DNA of 64,000 nt from Callorhinchus milii. Lineage: Eukaryota. Below are positions 37,011-48,443 of the stretch, in pieces. The notes under the pieces are model-generated. The model was given only the letters and a program-made list of their open reading frames with translations. It searched no databases and was not told where the DNA came from. Position numbers and translations under genes: made by a program. The DNA is taken from contig NW_024704763.1 of NCBI RefSeq assembly GCF_018977255.1, positions 6,882,001 to 6,946,000 of the forward strand. Direction: 5' to 3'. The first letter of the stretch is position 1; each line of letters begins with the position of its first letter.

Positions 37011-37113
37011 AATAATAATAATAATCCTTGTATTTGATACACGTCTTCGAGACGTCTCAAAGCGCTTCACAGGATAGACTGTAAAGTGAATTGACTGCGT
37101 ATTTTGTGGGCGA
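37011..37113 (-). mobile_element. Young SINE 3' tail
   Basis: (aat)n-ccttgtatttgatacacgtcttcgagacgtctcaaagcgcttcacag. Confidence 0.8.
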
Positions 37114-38599
37114 AAAGTAATGATTAAACCAGCGATTAAACGTACACTCAAATCATACGTCGCTTTCACTGAGACCTCGCCCTCGCCTTAAGGCCATTCG
37201 TTCTCTTAACATATTCTCCCAAAAATTGTGCGGCAATTTGGAAGATTCTTAATTCTTCAATCAGCCTTGGCTTTGAACCGCTTGTAAACCGGCGTCAAAG
37301 TTAAAACTGAATTTGTTCCCCCCCCCAAAATATTTTTGTGATCCTCAACATATTTTAGGGCAAAGACCAGAGGGAACCACGATTGCTCTGGTGCTGTGCG
37401 AGCCTACATGTGAGAATGTTGCATTTCCAGCCGAGTTGGTTCGCGTTTTCACAACTGTGCAGAGCCGGGGGGGGGGGGGGGGGGGTGGGGGGGCTGTAAC
37501 CCTTCAGAGACTTTTAACAGAACTATTTTTAAACCTTCAAGCTCACAATGAAAAGCTGGTGAACTCCGAACATATTGAGAAACAGAGTTTCACCAGATGG
37601 AGCGAGCGATATTTTCCAGCAGCAGGCCCGGCGAGAGCTGAGAAGGCGAGCGTTCTGACACCCACAGGAAGCTCAGGGAGACGGCTCGTTACAAGCCCTC
37701 TCCAGTGGCTCCCGCATGATTCCCGCTCTCAGCGATACAGCCCTGTGGAGCTGCAGTGGCAGTCAGCCTGGCTCAGTCGGTAGGCCTCTCGCCTCCGGGT
37801 CAGAGGTTGTGGGTTCAAACCCCACGTCAGGACACGCATGAGCTGACACTGGTTTGCAGTGGGGGGAGCGCTTTTTGGGACATGACGTGTGCGCGCGACT
37901 GCCAGGATGGTGGGAGCTGAACTGGATGGACCTTGCTCTTCTTTCATCCAGCAATTCTTATGTTCTTATGATTATCCTTCAGATAAAGCCGTTTGGGGGT
38001 TGGTGATTAAGAAGGATGGAGGCTCCTGCAGAGTATAAGCACCGACACAGATGAGTTGGACAGAACGGCCTGGTTTTGTGCTGTACAATCTATGTAATTC
38101 ACGGGTCGTACTTTGCTACCCTGCTTGCCAACTCTTCCTGTATGTTTTACACTGGAGGAGATTTAAATGTATGCATTTTTCTGGGTGATTTGATTTCCAA
38201 TTCTTTTGAATAAACACCTTCGAGAAGCAGAAAAAGATACTGAGAACTTTGAATACAAAAAAGCTGCCTTTCTCTTTGAGATTTTTATTTTTTTTTATTT
38301 TGAAAGAAAAAATGCCTTTCAGCTTGGCTGGACCTTTGCTCCTTTGAGCATGCAAATTCAAAATCACCTGCTAGAATTTTAGCAGTTATTAAATAACTGC
38401 TGGTGCGATTGAAGCTTTCATTTTTTTAACAAAGTTTCTTGAAGGTTCCTGGGAATCCAGAGGGCATTTATTAGCTCTCAATGTAAGGTTCAATTGAATT
38501 CACACTTGCTGTGTTATTACCAATGGGAAAGGGACTTTGCTGAAATTAGCTACAGACAAATTAAACTGCAGTGTGTGCTATTATTGTTATTAAAAACGA

Positions 38600-39277
38600 T
38601 AATTATAATAAGAATCCTTGCATTTAATACACTGCCTTATGTTGTCCCCCGACCCACCCACCCCACCATTGGCGGGAGAGCCTTCAGCCACTCTGCCCCC
38701 AACCTCTGGAATTCCATTCCCCAGTCACTCCGCCTCACCCCCTTCTTAGCCTCCTTCAAGTCCCGCCTCAAAACCCTCCTCCTCGACCATGCCATCGGCC
38801 ACCCCCCTTTCCCTCCCTTCTCCCCCCCCTGACCCCAGCTCGGGTCTGAAATGCTGTACACTGTCCAGCGCCTTGGGACATCCTCCTGACGTGAAAGGCG
38901 CTTTACAAATGTAATCTTGTTGTTGTTGTCAAAATATCTCAAAGCGCTTTATGGATTCATTATAGATTTTGTGGGCAAATATGGCAGTTAATTTGCACGC
39001 AGTTATGTCCCACAAATAGCCACAAAGTGAATGAACAGTGGCAACCACGGGATTGTTGGCCAGAATGCCAGAGAGAAACATGCTTCTCTTTTTCAATGGA
39101 GACACCTGAACAGAGTTCAGAAGGGATCTCAGTTTAACGTCTCATACAAAAGACGACACCTTTGTAATGCTCCCCCAACGCTGCTCTGGGGTGTCAGCCT
39201 AGCCGAGGAGTTCAAAGTCCCGACTTGGGGCTTGACCCCATGGAGACGAGAGTGCGATCGACTAAGCCAGACTGACA
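38600..39277 (-). mobile_element. DeuSINE-like element with L2 inserted in its tail
   Basis: Tail at 38600-38646 and from 38924 onward, Deu cacctgaacag...gtttaacgtctcat, head gactaagccagactgac. Confidence 0.8.
38647..38923 (+). mobile_element. L2 3' fragment nested in a DeuSINE tail
   Basis: Encodes PRPTHPTIGGRAFSHSAPNLWNSIP (L2 ORF2 C-terminus) and has the tail gtgaaaggcgctttacaaatgtaatc(ttg)n. Confidence 0.92.
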
Positions 39278-40525
39278 CCTATTATAGAATGGGCGTGGAA
39301 GAAGAAGATGGCATGTTATCACTGTGAAATGAAAGCACGTCAACTTAAGAATCTTCATCAGGATTGGGTAGAATCTGGACTTTGGGGAAAAGCTGTTCTC
39401 CCTGAAATCTATCATCACCACAGTCTGTGCTTTTGTGATATCTGTATTGTAGATGTTAATTTTATGTACACTATTCCCCTCCCAGTAATGTATTCTATTA
39501 CCACACTCGCTCATTTACCCTCGCTGATGCACATGCATTTGGTGCAGTGCCTTTCCCTTCGGGAGGACATCTCAATGCACTTCCAGAGATACCAGACAAT
39601 CTGAAAGAAGACAGAGAATGCTGGAAATCCAGGGCAGTCAGTTGGATTCTGAAAAGTCACAGTGATATTTTGTGCGAAAACCCCTGTGCACTTGCCAGCG
39701 AATTTACTGCAATTTTGAATTCAAAATAACACTACGTTATAAAAGCAGAATTAAATTATACAGATAATCTTGTTAGTTATTAATAAGCACAGAATGATTA
39801 AAATATCCAAAAAAACAGAACCACACTTAGTGCACTGAGTGAAGAGTGCAGATGAATAAAGCTGGTAGGACCTTATAAAGAAATGACTTGTGTATACATT
39901 ATGGAAGAATCCACCGTGTATAGAGAGAAAATAGTAGTTGAATTGAGTTTAAATAAGTGCAAAGAGAAATTCAATTGACGTCATGTTACAGAACCCAGAA
40001 ATTGGCAAATTATTGAATTCCGTCTTAACTTTGAAGTCGATTTACTCCAGTTGCTTCAACAAGCTTAAGTGCAGATGCAAGGTTTAGAATCATAAATATA
40101 ACTGGCTACAAAATTAAGTCTGTACTTAAGAATTCCACCCGGACCCAGGCGGAATTTCCTATTTAGAGAGCAGGTTGCTCTATAAGATCCTACTATATGT
40201 TTTACAATCCTTCCTGCATGTTTTAATACTGCAGGAGATGTTAAGCGCTTTTCCTGGGTGACTGCAGATTCAGCGAGCGCCTAACTCTTATGCCTTTTGA
40301 AGTGAAGCACATTTCAGCCTGTCTGGATCCCTGCTCGACAAGATGGCACATTTTCACAGGAAGTCTTTTTGCTTTTGGCAGCAGCTTCAGTTTCTCTTCA
40401 GTGCCTCAGCTGCGAGAGGGGGTTTGACGGGAGTCCAGATATAAAGGGCTCTGCAGTTATGGGGGAATCTGCCGCTCTCACACAGTTTACCTGTGGCAGG
40501 CGGTGAGGAGGAGGAGGAGGTGGTG

Positions 40526-40544
40526 GAGAGCCACCTAGCGGGTG
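40526..40544 (-). promoter_or_regulatory. Candidate CTCF site
   Basis: The minus strand reads CACCCGCTAGGTGGCTCTC, matching the CTCF core CCGC/CCAC-NAG-G/A-TGGC. Confidence 0.45.
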
Positions 40545-40689
40545 TGATCAGTGTGGGTGCAAGGTTCTAAGATTGTCTCCAAAAAACCAAATGTGTCTCG
40601 TCACAGTAAGCAGGGCTTTTAATTCCTTCTCCTCGTTTCCAGGGGGCTGCCCGGGACCCAGAGGAGAGAAGAGAAATGGAGAGAATAGG

Positions 40690-41070
40690 GAATAGCAGAG
40701 CAACGAGGCTGATCCCTTAAGGATAAGCTACGAGGAACAATTAAATAAACTGGAGCTGTTTAGCCTCGAGGGGAAAAATAATACTCCGAAGGGAACTTAC
40801 ATAAGTATATACACAGTAGCTGAATGGGATTGAGAAAATAAAGACTTTCAGATATAGCAAAGCAAGGCAGCTGGACAAGAGGATGCAGGTTCAGGGTAGT
40901 GAAGGTCAATTTTAGAATGAATTCTATTACCTAAGAGCAATCAACAGTGGGAAAAAGTTACCAGCAAAGGTGCCAGAGACCAAGACACTGAAACAGCTTA
41001 TTGCATCAATGGAAGAAGATAGGGTTAAGTCAGATGGGTCAAGGTGCCTTCTTCATCCAAACCTCCTTTG
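40690..41070 (+). mobile_element. CR1 3' fragment
   Basis: RATRLIP..SYEEQLNKLELFSLE-like sequence and tail gatgggtcaaggtgccttcttcatc. Confidence 0.75.
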
Positions 41071-41276
41071 TGTAATGTTGTTTACTCTATGCACCCCCCC
41101 CGGCCCAGCTCACCATGTAACAGTGTGCAAGTGAGAACTGAGTTACTATCTGTGAATTCTGATGTAGTCATGATATTGCCGTAAGCAATCCTTAGGGTTT
41201 TTCTTTTCTTCCAACACCGTTTTGAACGAATGTTCCATTAAGCTTCGGGGGACACTCTTCAGGGTTAACTCAACAT

Positions 41277-41672
41277 GTATCAGCCTGGCTCAGTTGATAG
41301 CTCTGTCGTTTCTGGGTGAGGAAGGTCGTGTCGTCTGGTCTGACACACCTGCACAGCGCTAGGGGAGTGCTGCATTGTTGGAGGTGCCGTCTTTTGGATG
41401 AACTATAACTGCGGTCACTTCTGTCTGTTCGGGCGGATGTTAAAGATCCCACGGCACGATTGGGAAAAGAGAATGGACTTTCTCCTGATACGCTCGGATA
41501 AAATTGACCATTCATGTCGTGGCTGTTTGTGGTAAGTTGCTGTATGCAAAATTTGGCTGCCGCGCTCGCCTACAAAATACAGTCACTATGCTTTACATTT
41601 AAATTGTGTGATGTACCTCAAGACATTTAGAAGATGTCATAAGATACGATATCAAATGCCAGGATGATTATG
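41277..41672 (+). mobile_element. DeuSINE-like element, near full length
   Basis: tcagcctggctcagttgatagc...gtgctgcattgttggaggtgccgtcttttggatg...gatgttaaagatcccacggcac. Confidence 0.85.
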
Positions 41673-43254
41673 TCATAACTCAAAATACCTGCAATAAGAT
41701 AGTTTCAAGTCTTTGGAACTCGGCAGGGGAGAATCAGATGTAGTATCAAGGAACACACAATGTTGAATAGAGAACTGTCACTCAGGTAAAGTGGCTGTAC
41801 ACAAGATTTGAGTGGGATATTTGTCTGAGTTCTGATGAGCTCTTTTTAAATAAAAGTAATGTGACGATATTAATCTTTCGAAGGGGGTTGATGTGGGTAT
41901 GAATATTTGCCAGCGTTATTTTTTTTTGTTCACGTAGGCTGTAGGTGGAATATCGTCACAGCCCTGAGTCTCTGTCTGACCTGCAGATTGCAACACTGCT
42001 CAGAATCGTGATCATGAATCGTGATAATCCAGACCTAATTGAGAATACCAGGAGATGATGTGTGCTAGAATGTGAACGGGTGGGGGGATAGAGAGAACGA
42101 GAGAGAGGAATGAGGAAAAGGAAAGAGAGGTAGAAAAGGAAACCTAGATAGAGAGAGAGAGAGAGACTTAAATGACCAAATGTCAAGCGTTTTTAATTCC
42201 GAGCTTTCGATTAGTTGAACCCGTGCCTGACGTGAGTTGGACCCAGATGAAAAGACCATATTTAAGTTTCCAATTATCAAGCAGTTTCATGCTAATTAGT
42301 CAGGCTGCAGGAATATATTAACGACAGTCACACACCAGCTTTCTTTCATAAGCCTCACGGCTTTTACACCCGGTCTGACTAATCGATAACTCTCGTTTAC
42401 CAAGAATGCCTTCAAAGTCCTAATTAACAGCCAATTATACCGTCTTAATGCTGCAAGGATAGACTTTTTTTTTAAAAAATTAATATATAAATCTCTGACC
42501 ATTCACTGTAGAGTCTAAACGTTCATTTTTTTAAATCTATATTTTGGAGAAAATAAAGCAGGAAATGCTGTAATGGTTTAGGGATTACATTTTTTTAATA
42601 TCAGGTCAGATCCAGCATCCCTGGATTTGAGGGCAAAATATGTCCTTTTTTTTGGGTGTGGGGGGAGGGGGGATGAAGCGATTTTTACATTGGTTCGAGC
42701 TGGAAATAATGCCACGCAGATTTGGTGATTTTGTTTTTAAGTGGCTTAGAGTCGTAGTGAAGGCTCAAGACCAAAATTATTGCAGCTTTAATGTATTTGT
42801 GCAATCTGTTGCCTAGGGAGGTTGTGGGGTGGGTGGGGGAGGGGAGATAACCAACACCAAGGGACAGTGATGACCTCGGTTAGCACTGTGATGCCGCCTT
42901 CCTCACAAAACCAAGCGACTTAAAGCTTTCCACGAGGCAATCAACACTTCCAATTCACGGCACTTTGACTGAATGCCAAGAGGAGCATTAGCTGAATAGA
43001 GATCCACATCACTTGAAGGGGTTAAACAGAGGTCTTCTCAGTCTGTCCTGGTACATTGGAGAATTTCTCCTGGAACTGAACCTTAGCATAGGGAGCACAC
43101 TGATTGCTGAACCCTCCAGGCTCTCCGAAAGCTCCTGTTCAGCACTCTCACTCCATTACTATTCTTCTGTCCACTTCAGTCTCCCTTTAGGCTAACTAAT
43201 GAGAGCCTGGAAATTCCACCTGGATATGAGATCATTTTTTGACTCTCGCAATGA

Positions 43255-43600
43255 TAATAGTAATGAATAATCTTTGTATTTGATTCACATTGGGACGACA
43301 TCTCAAAGAGCTTCAACATTTTACTGTAAAGTGTAGCGGCTGTGCATATTTGCAGCCAAACTCAGCAGACAAGTTGCTCACAGCCATGAAGTGAGTGACC
43401 AATTCTATCTGGGGGATTGTTGGCCAGGACATTGTGAGAGAGAAAACTCCCTTTTCTTTTCAAATAGTGCCACGGGATATTTAACGTCCACTTGAACAGG
43501 TTTATCTCGGTTTAACGGCTCATTGGAAGGATGGCACCTCCAAACATGCAGCACTCTCCCAACGCTGCGTGAGAGTGTCAACCGAGACTATATGAGTTCA
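43255..43600 (-). mobile_element. DeuSINE-like element
   Basis: caaatagtgccacgggatatttaacgtccacttgaacagg...ggatggcacctcc. Confidence 0.8.
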
Positions 43601-44164
43601 ATTTAAAACCGTTCTGAATTGTGGAAGCGTTTCTGAAAATGTCAGTCTTACTTTGGAAGCTGTCTCTTTTTAAGAACTATGGGAAAAACCCTCTTTGAAA
43701 GTCAGATGGAGTTTCAAGCCTGATTTGTAAAGCCTGCAATTCTCAAAAGAATCTGTTTTAAGAGTCTGTTTTAAAAGCGTTTGAAATGAGGAGGAAATAT
43801 AAGCTGGGCGAAAGATATTTGAATTATTTTTGCTTGATTTTTCCATCTGCTGCCTTCCAACTGGCTTCATGATGTTTTATAAAATTCCCATGTCTGCAGC
43901 ATTTTTGCAAGCTGCGTGTTTTGAGAGGTTCGTTATTTTTCACTATTGTTGATTAAACCTTGCAACTACGCCAGAAATTTTAGGCGCAGTAAGAATTTCC
44001 CTTTTGCAGGAAGGTCTAGACATTAAATCTTATTATTTTAAAGAAAAGCTAATTGTGATGGGCTTTGAGTTGGGGAAAGAGAGGAGCTAGAAATGTGTTT
44101 AAAGTTTTCTCTCTATGGTTAAAAGTAATGGCATTGATCAGGATCCCAGTTACATCTTGATCCC

Positions 44165-44460
44165 GAGCGGCTATCGTGTCCAAAACATCTCGAAAGGCTT
44201 CTCAGGATTTTACTGTAAAGTGTAGTGACTGTGCATACCGCATCCAGTTTCCATACAGTGGATGGGCAATTTATATGGAGGAATCGTTGGCCGGGACACT
44301 GGTAGAAACTCCCTTCTCTTTTCGGAATAGTGCTATGGGTCTTTAACTGAACAGGCAGACAGGACCTCAGTTTAATGTCTCATCTGAAGGACAGCACTTC
44401 TGACAACGGAGCTTTCTCCCAGCTCTGCTCTGGAGCATCAGCCTAGCGTGTGAGCTCAAT
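44165..44460 (-). mobile_element. DeuSINE-like element
   Basis: gaacaggcagacaggacctcagtttaatgtctcatctgaaggacagcac. Confidence 0.8.
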
Positions 44461-46147
44461 GTACTGATACAACAGTCCAATTGAGATAGAGGCCATCTCA
44501 TTCCCCACAACCTCAGAAGTGCATCATTCTTACTCCAGTTCGATTGGGGTAGATTGTCCCGTCTTAGTTCAGTGGCCCAAAAATTCACCTAGTTAGTCTT
44601 AGCCTGGGAGACTATTTGGACTAATTAGGAAGCAGGTTCTTTTCAAGCAAGTTGTGAAAATCGGCTTCCAGGTTCATAAGACAGGAATTAAGAATTTATC
44701 ATCTTACATTCTTATGCCAGGTTTTGCAGGTTAAGATTAGGGTGGAATTGCAGGGTTAAAGTTGTAGCAGGAAATGTTTGTGTGTAATATCCACAGTAAC
44801 CAATATCTTAGAGGAAATTTGACTGATAAATCCTTTTAGAAAGCAACTTAAGACTTCAGGTTATGATTACATGAACCCACTGTTTTACTCAGTATCAGTA
44901 ACCCTAACCACCCCCCCCCCCCCCACCACCCCTCCCTCACACCCATGTGCTCAGATTTTCCATTTAAACAGTGAAAAGCCATTTTTATTTCCGTTTATTG
45001 CCTATTTGATTTTTCTGTGAAAATTAAAAGGTGGGGTGAGGTGGGGGGTTGGGGGTTGGACTGGAGGAAACCACTGACGCTGAGGGTGACCTGAGGTTGA
45101 CAGTGTCAGGTGGCCATTAATAATGGACTTAGAATCCGAGTAATTTTATTATTTAAATATAAAGTTAAGATTTCCCTTGCAGTTGAGGTTTCATATTCCA
45201 GGTGCAGCTACAATGAACTGTGCATGTTAATTCAGCTCCTTCGCACTTTCAGCCTCTGTGTCACTATCTGTACATCTTTTTAATACACAGCATTATCATT
45301 AACTTGAAACAGACAGCGCACGTTAATTCGAGTCTCTTTACAATTTCCTTTTGTAGCCTCTCCTCGAGCCTTCTCCCAACAATGCCACTATAATTAACTT
45401 TTAACATCTTCTTTCCTCTTCTGTCTACCAAATGTGCCTTGAAAACCTGCACACTTTCAACGTGATTGCTTTTTTCCCCCCCAAAAGTCACTACACTTGA
45501 CTTGTGAAGGGTTTGAGACCTGTCACGATAAGGCGATGTAAAAATGTAAGCTCTTTTCAAGTTCTTTCATTTACTACCTTCCTCTCCTGGAGGCAGTGAT
45601 TTATGCTAAACTACATTTCCATTGCTTATGCCAACCCTCTGGCATGAATCTTGAATGCTCCCTCAGCAGCTCACCTTCTGTTAACAGGACTGACAGAAGA
45701 CCCTCAAACGCATTGTGTTCCTAAAATAAAAATACAGGCGACAGCAAAACATCAGCTGTAATTTAAGGGGTTCAGGAACCAAGTGGCTCAACATTGTTGC
45801 CTGACACAGAAGTGGCCTCACCCTCTCACTCTGCACTGTGCTGTGCACCATTGGTTAAGAAGTGCACTTGAATACCAAAATAGCTTGTAAGCTATTTGCT
45901 AATCGGCTTACGTTTGAGCCCTTATTTACATAGAAATTAATTAGACTCGAGCAAATTATTTTCAGAGAGGATGGGGGTGAAGCAGAACGAGGGTGGGGGG
46001 GTGAGGGGTAACACACAGAGCTGGTGCCTGTCAGAAAGTGGGATGTTTTAGTATTGATTCCTGCCTGCACACATTGCTCAGTTAGTCTGGTCATGGGAAA
46101 GATTAACCCGACTGATCTGAAACTTAGCACTTTGACTATTTGCCAGG

Positions 46148-46390
46148 GGTCAGCCTGGCTCAGTCAGTCACACTCTTGCCTTTGTGTCAGAATCCTGCAG
46201 GTTCAAACCACGTGTCGGGACTTTGAACTCGCAGTCCATTCAAATAATTGTTAAAAATCCTGTGGCACGATTCAAAATGAAACAAGAGTTTCCTGGATGA
46301 CAAACAATCGCCCAGATAAAATTGTTTCTTAACTTTATGGCTGTTTGTTGGGCAATACTGTAGTCAAAGTGGTTGCCATGTTTACCTATA
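46148..46390 (+). mobile_element. Internally deleted DeuSINE-like element
   Basis: gtcagcctggctcagtc...ggttcaaacc...atggctgtttg. Confidence 0.7.
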
Positions 46391-46439
46391 AATAAACGAG
46401 AGAGTCCTTAGAGTAAATACAGGGTGTTGTACGAAAAAA

Positions 46440-46900
46440 ACAAGGATGTATTGTTACATTTTATAAGATACCGATTAGGCTGGAACCAAGAATATTGGGT
46501 CCAATTTTCGGTGACCCCAATATAGAAAGGATATCACATTGATGGAGACGGTGCATTTGAATGATCCTGAAGTGAGAACTTATAGTTACATGGAGAGGCT
46601 TGAAAACCTGGCACTGCTTTGACCTGAGCGACGAAGGTTAAGGGGGACTTAATGGAGGTTTTCAAAATGATGAATGGTTCTGATGGAGTAAATAGAGAGA
46701 GAAAGAGAGAGAGACTATTTCCGCTGATCGAGCCAGTAACAAGAGGACATCAATTGAGGATTATCTTCAGGAGATAAAAATGGTGAGATTAGCAGAAATG
46801 TTTTTACACAGAAGTTTGTTCAAAGATGGAAAGCTCTGCTCTATATGACCGTAGAGGTTGAGTACGTCATACGATTAGGTAAAATGAATGGCTGAAAGCT
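46440..46900 (+). mobile_element. CR1 ORF2 C-terminal fragment
   Basis: QFS..PQYRKDI.LMETV, RRLRGDLMEVFKMMNG, TRGHQL, RNVFTQ. Confidence 0.8.
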
Positions 46901-47796
46901 CAAGTGATGATTTGGGTCTATAAAATCAGACCCTGGGTTATAATGGATCACATTATGGAACATGTGAGTGCTTAAACTATGTTCTAGAATTATACTGCAC
47001 GTCTACAGATATTATACTATAGTCCACACAGAGCACCTGGGCTGAATGTAAACTGAACTGGGTTATAACAGGGTCCAACTGTGCCTTCAGTGTTTATCTA
47101 CTTCCCAGCTCAGTGCCAACCAACACCCCCCATCCCCCCCACCGCCAAGCCCCTAACCCCCAGCACCCCCAAGGCTGTTCTAGGTTGTTCTGACTGCGGT
47201 GCTAAACTGTGTTGCTCTCTCTGCTCCATCACTGGGAAGAACAGAACTGGCCTGAGGGGAATCGCACATCAGTATTGCCAGGGATTTGGTCCAAACAAGC
47301 CTGCACTGCGCTGCATGTATCTCAGACACAATGTCCCTCAAACCTGCTTATCAGGAAGCCTGCTTGTGGTTTCTGGCAGAGATTGAAAGCTAAACAACGA
47401 ATCCCAGCTTTGAGTCGGGTGAAATTTTAGCACGGCCTTCCATGTGACTCAAGTGTATCGAGTTACTGTAGAAATATCTGATGATGTACATTAATTATTT
47501 ACTTGTGTTCATTGTTTTCATTTTCTTTTTCTACTTGGCCCCGTGCCCGCGGTTTGCTCTGATGCGGGTGGAAAAGCAGTCTGGATTGAGTTCGCCAGTG
47601 CACAGACATTCCCTCGTGGACTTAAAGATTCCACCCCGGTCTGGATTTGCTCTACTTCTCGGCATTTCCGAGATGCGGCAGAATTTGGCAAACTCGCTAT
47701 CTGTGTGAAGTATCTTCTAAACTGACTCTACTAGATCTACTCATAAAATTGGTTTGCATAAAGAAGTCTGTCCGGTCCATCTGGTCTCACACAGAG

Positions 47797-48389
47797 TGGA
47801 GTCCTGTGGCTTATTGGTGAGATTATTTGTCTCGCCAGGTCCCAGGTTCGATTCCCAGGCAGGACAAAACCTTAGGCAGGTTTTCTAACTCCACACACCT
47901 CTGTTTACCTAGCAGTAAGTACGCACCAGGTGCTTAGTCGATTGATGGATCGCTTTTCGGAGGTAATAAATCCCTTTAATAAATAAATAAAATAAAATAA
48001 GAATTTGGTCACTTAATCCACGGTTGTTTGCTTGAAACTGCTGTGCACAATTGGCTACTGCGTTTCGCCCACAAAAATATACAGTCAATTCATTTGACAG
48101 TATATTCTGTGAAGCGCTCTGAGACGGCTCGACAAAACAACTAAAAAAGCAACAACTTGCATTTATATAGCACCCTTCACACGGGGTAGTGTCCCAGAGC
48201 GCATCACATGGCGTAGTTTGACAACAAGCCAAAGACAAGGTATGGGGAGGTGACCGTAAGCACGATCAAAAAGGAAGGTCTTTAAGCGGGATTTGAAGGT
48301 GGGGGGGAGGGGGCGAAGAAGCGGAGGGATTGAGGGAGAGAGTTCCAGAGTTTCGTGGCGTGATTAGCCGCTGTATCAAATACAAGGAT

Positions 48390-48421
<32 letters not shown>

Positions 48422-48443
48422 ATTATTATTATTATTATTATTA
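47797..48443 (+). mobile_element. Near full-length copy of the same tRNA-SINE, L2 inserted in its tail, ending in a long (ATT)n
   Basis: gtcctgtggc...GGTTCGATTCC B box, central ccttaggcaggtt...ctctgtttacctagcagta, shared tail, (ATT)n at 48388-48443. Confidence 0.88.
48133..48356 (-). mobile_element. L2 3' fragment (second subfamily) nested in a SINE tail
   Basis: acaacttgcatttatatagcacccttcacacggggtagtgtcccagagcgc...gagagttccagag. Confidence 0.85.

Noticed and set aside
42244-42270. cag|ATGAAAAGACCA as possible exon 3 (MNRP...)
   Set aside because: Reads MKRPYLS rather than MNRPIQVKPA and has no polypyrimidine tract.
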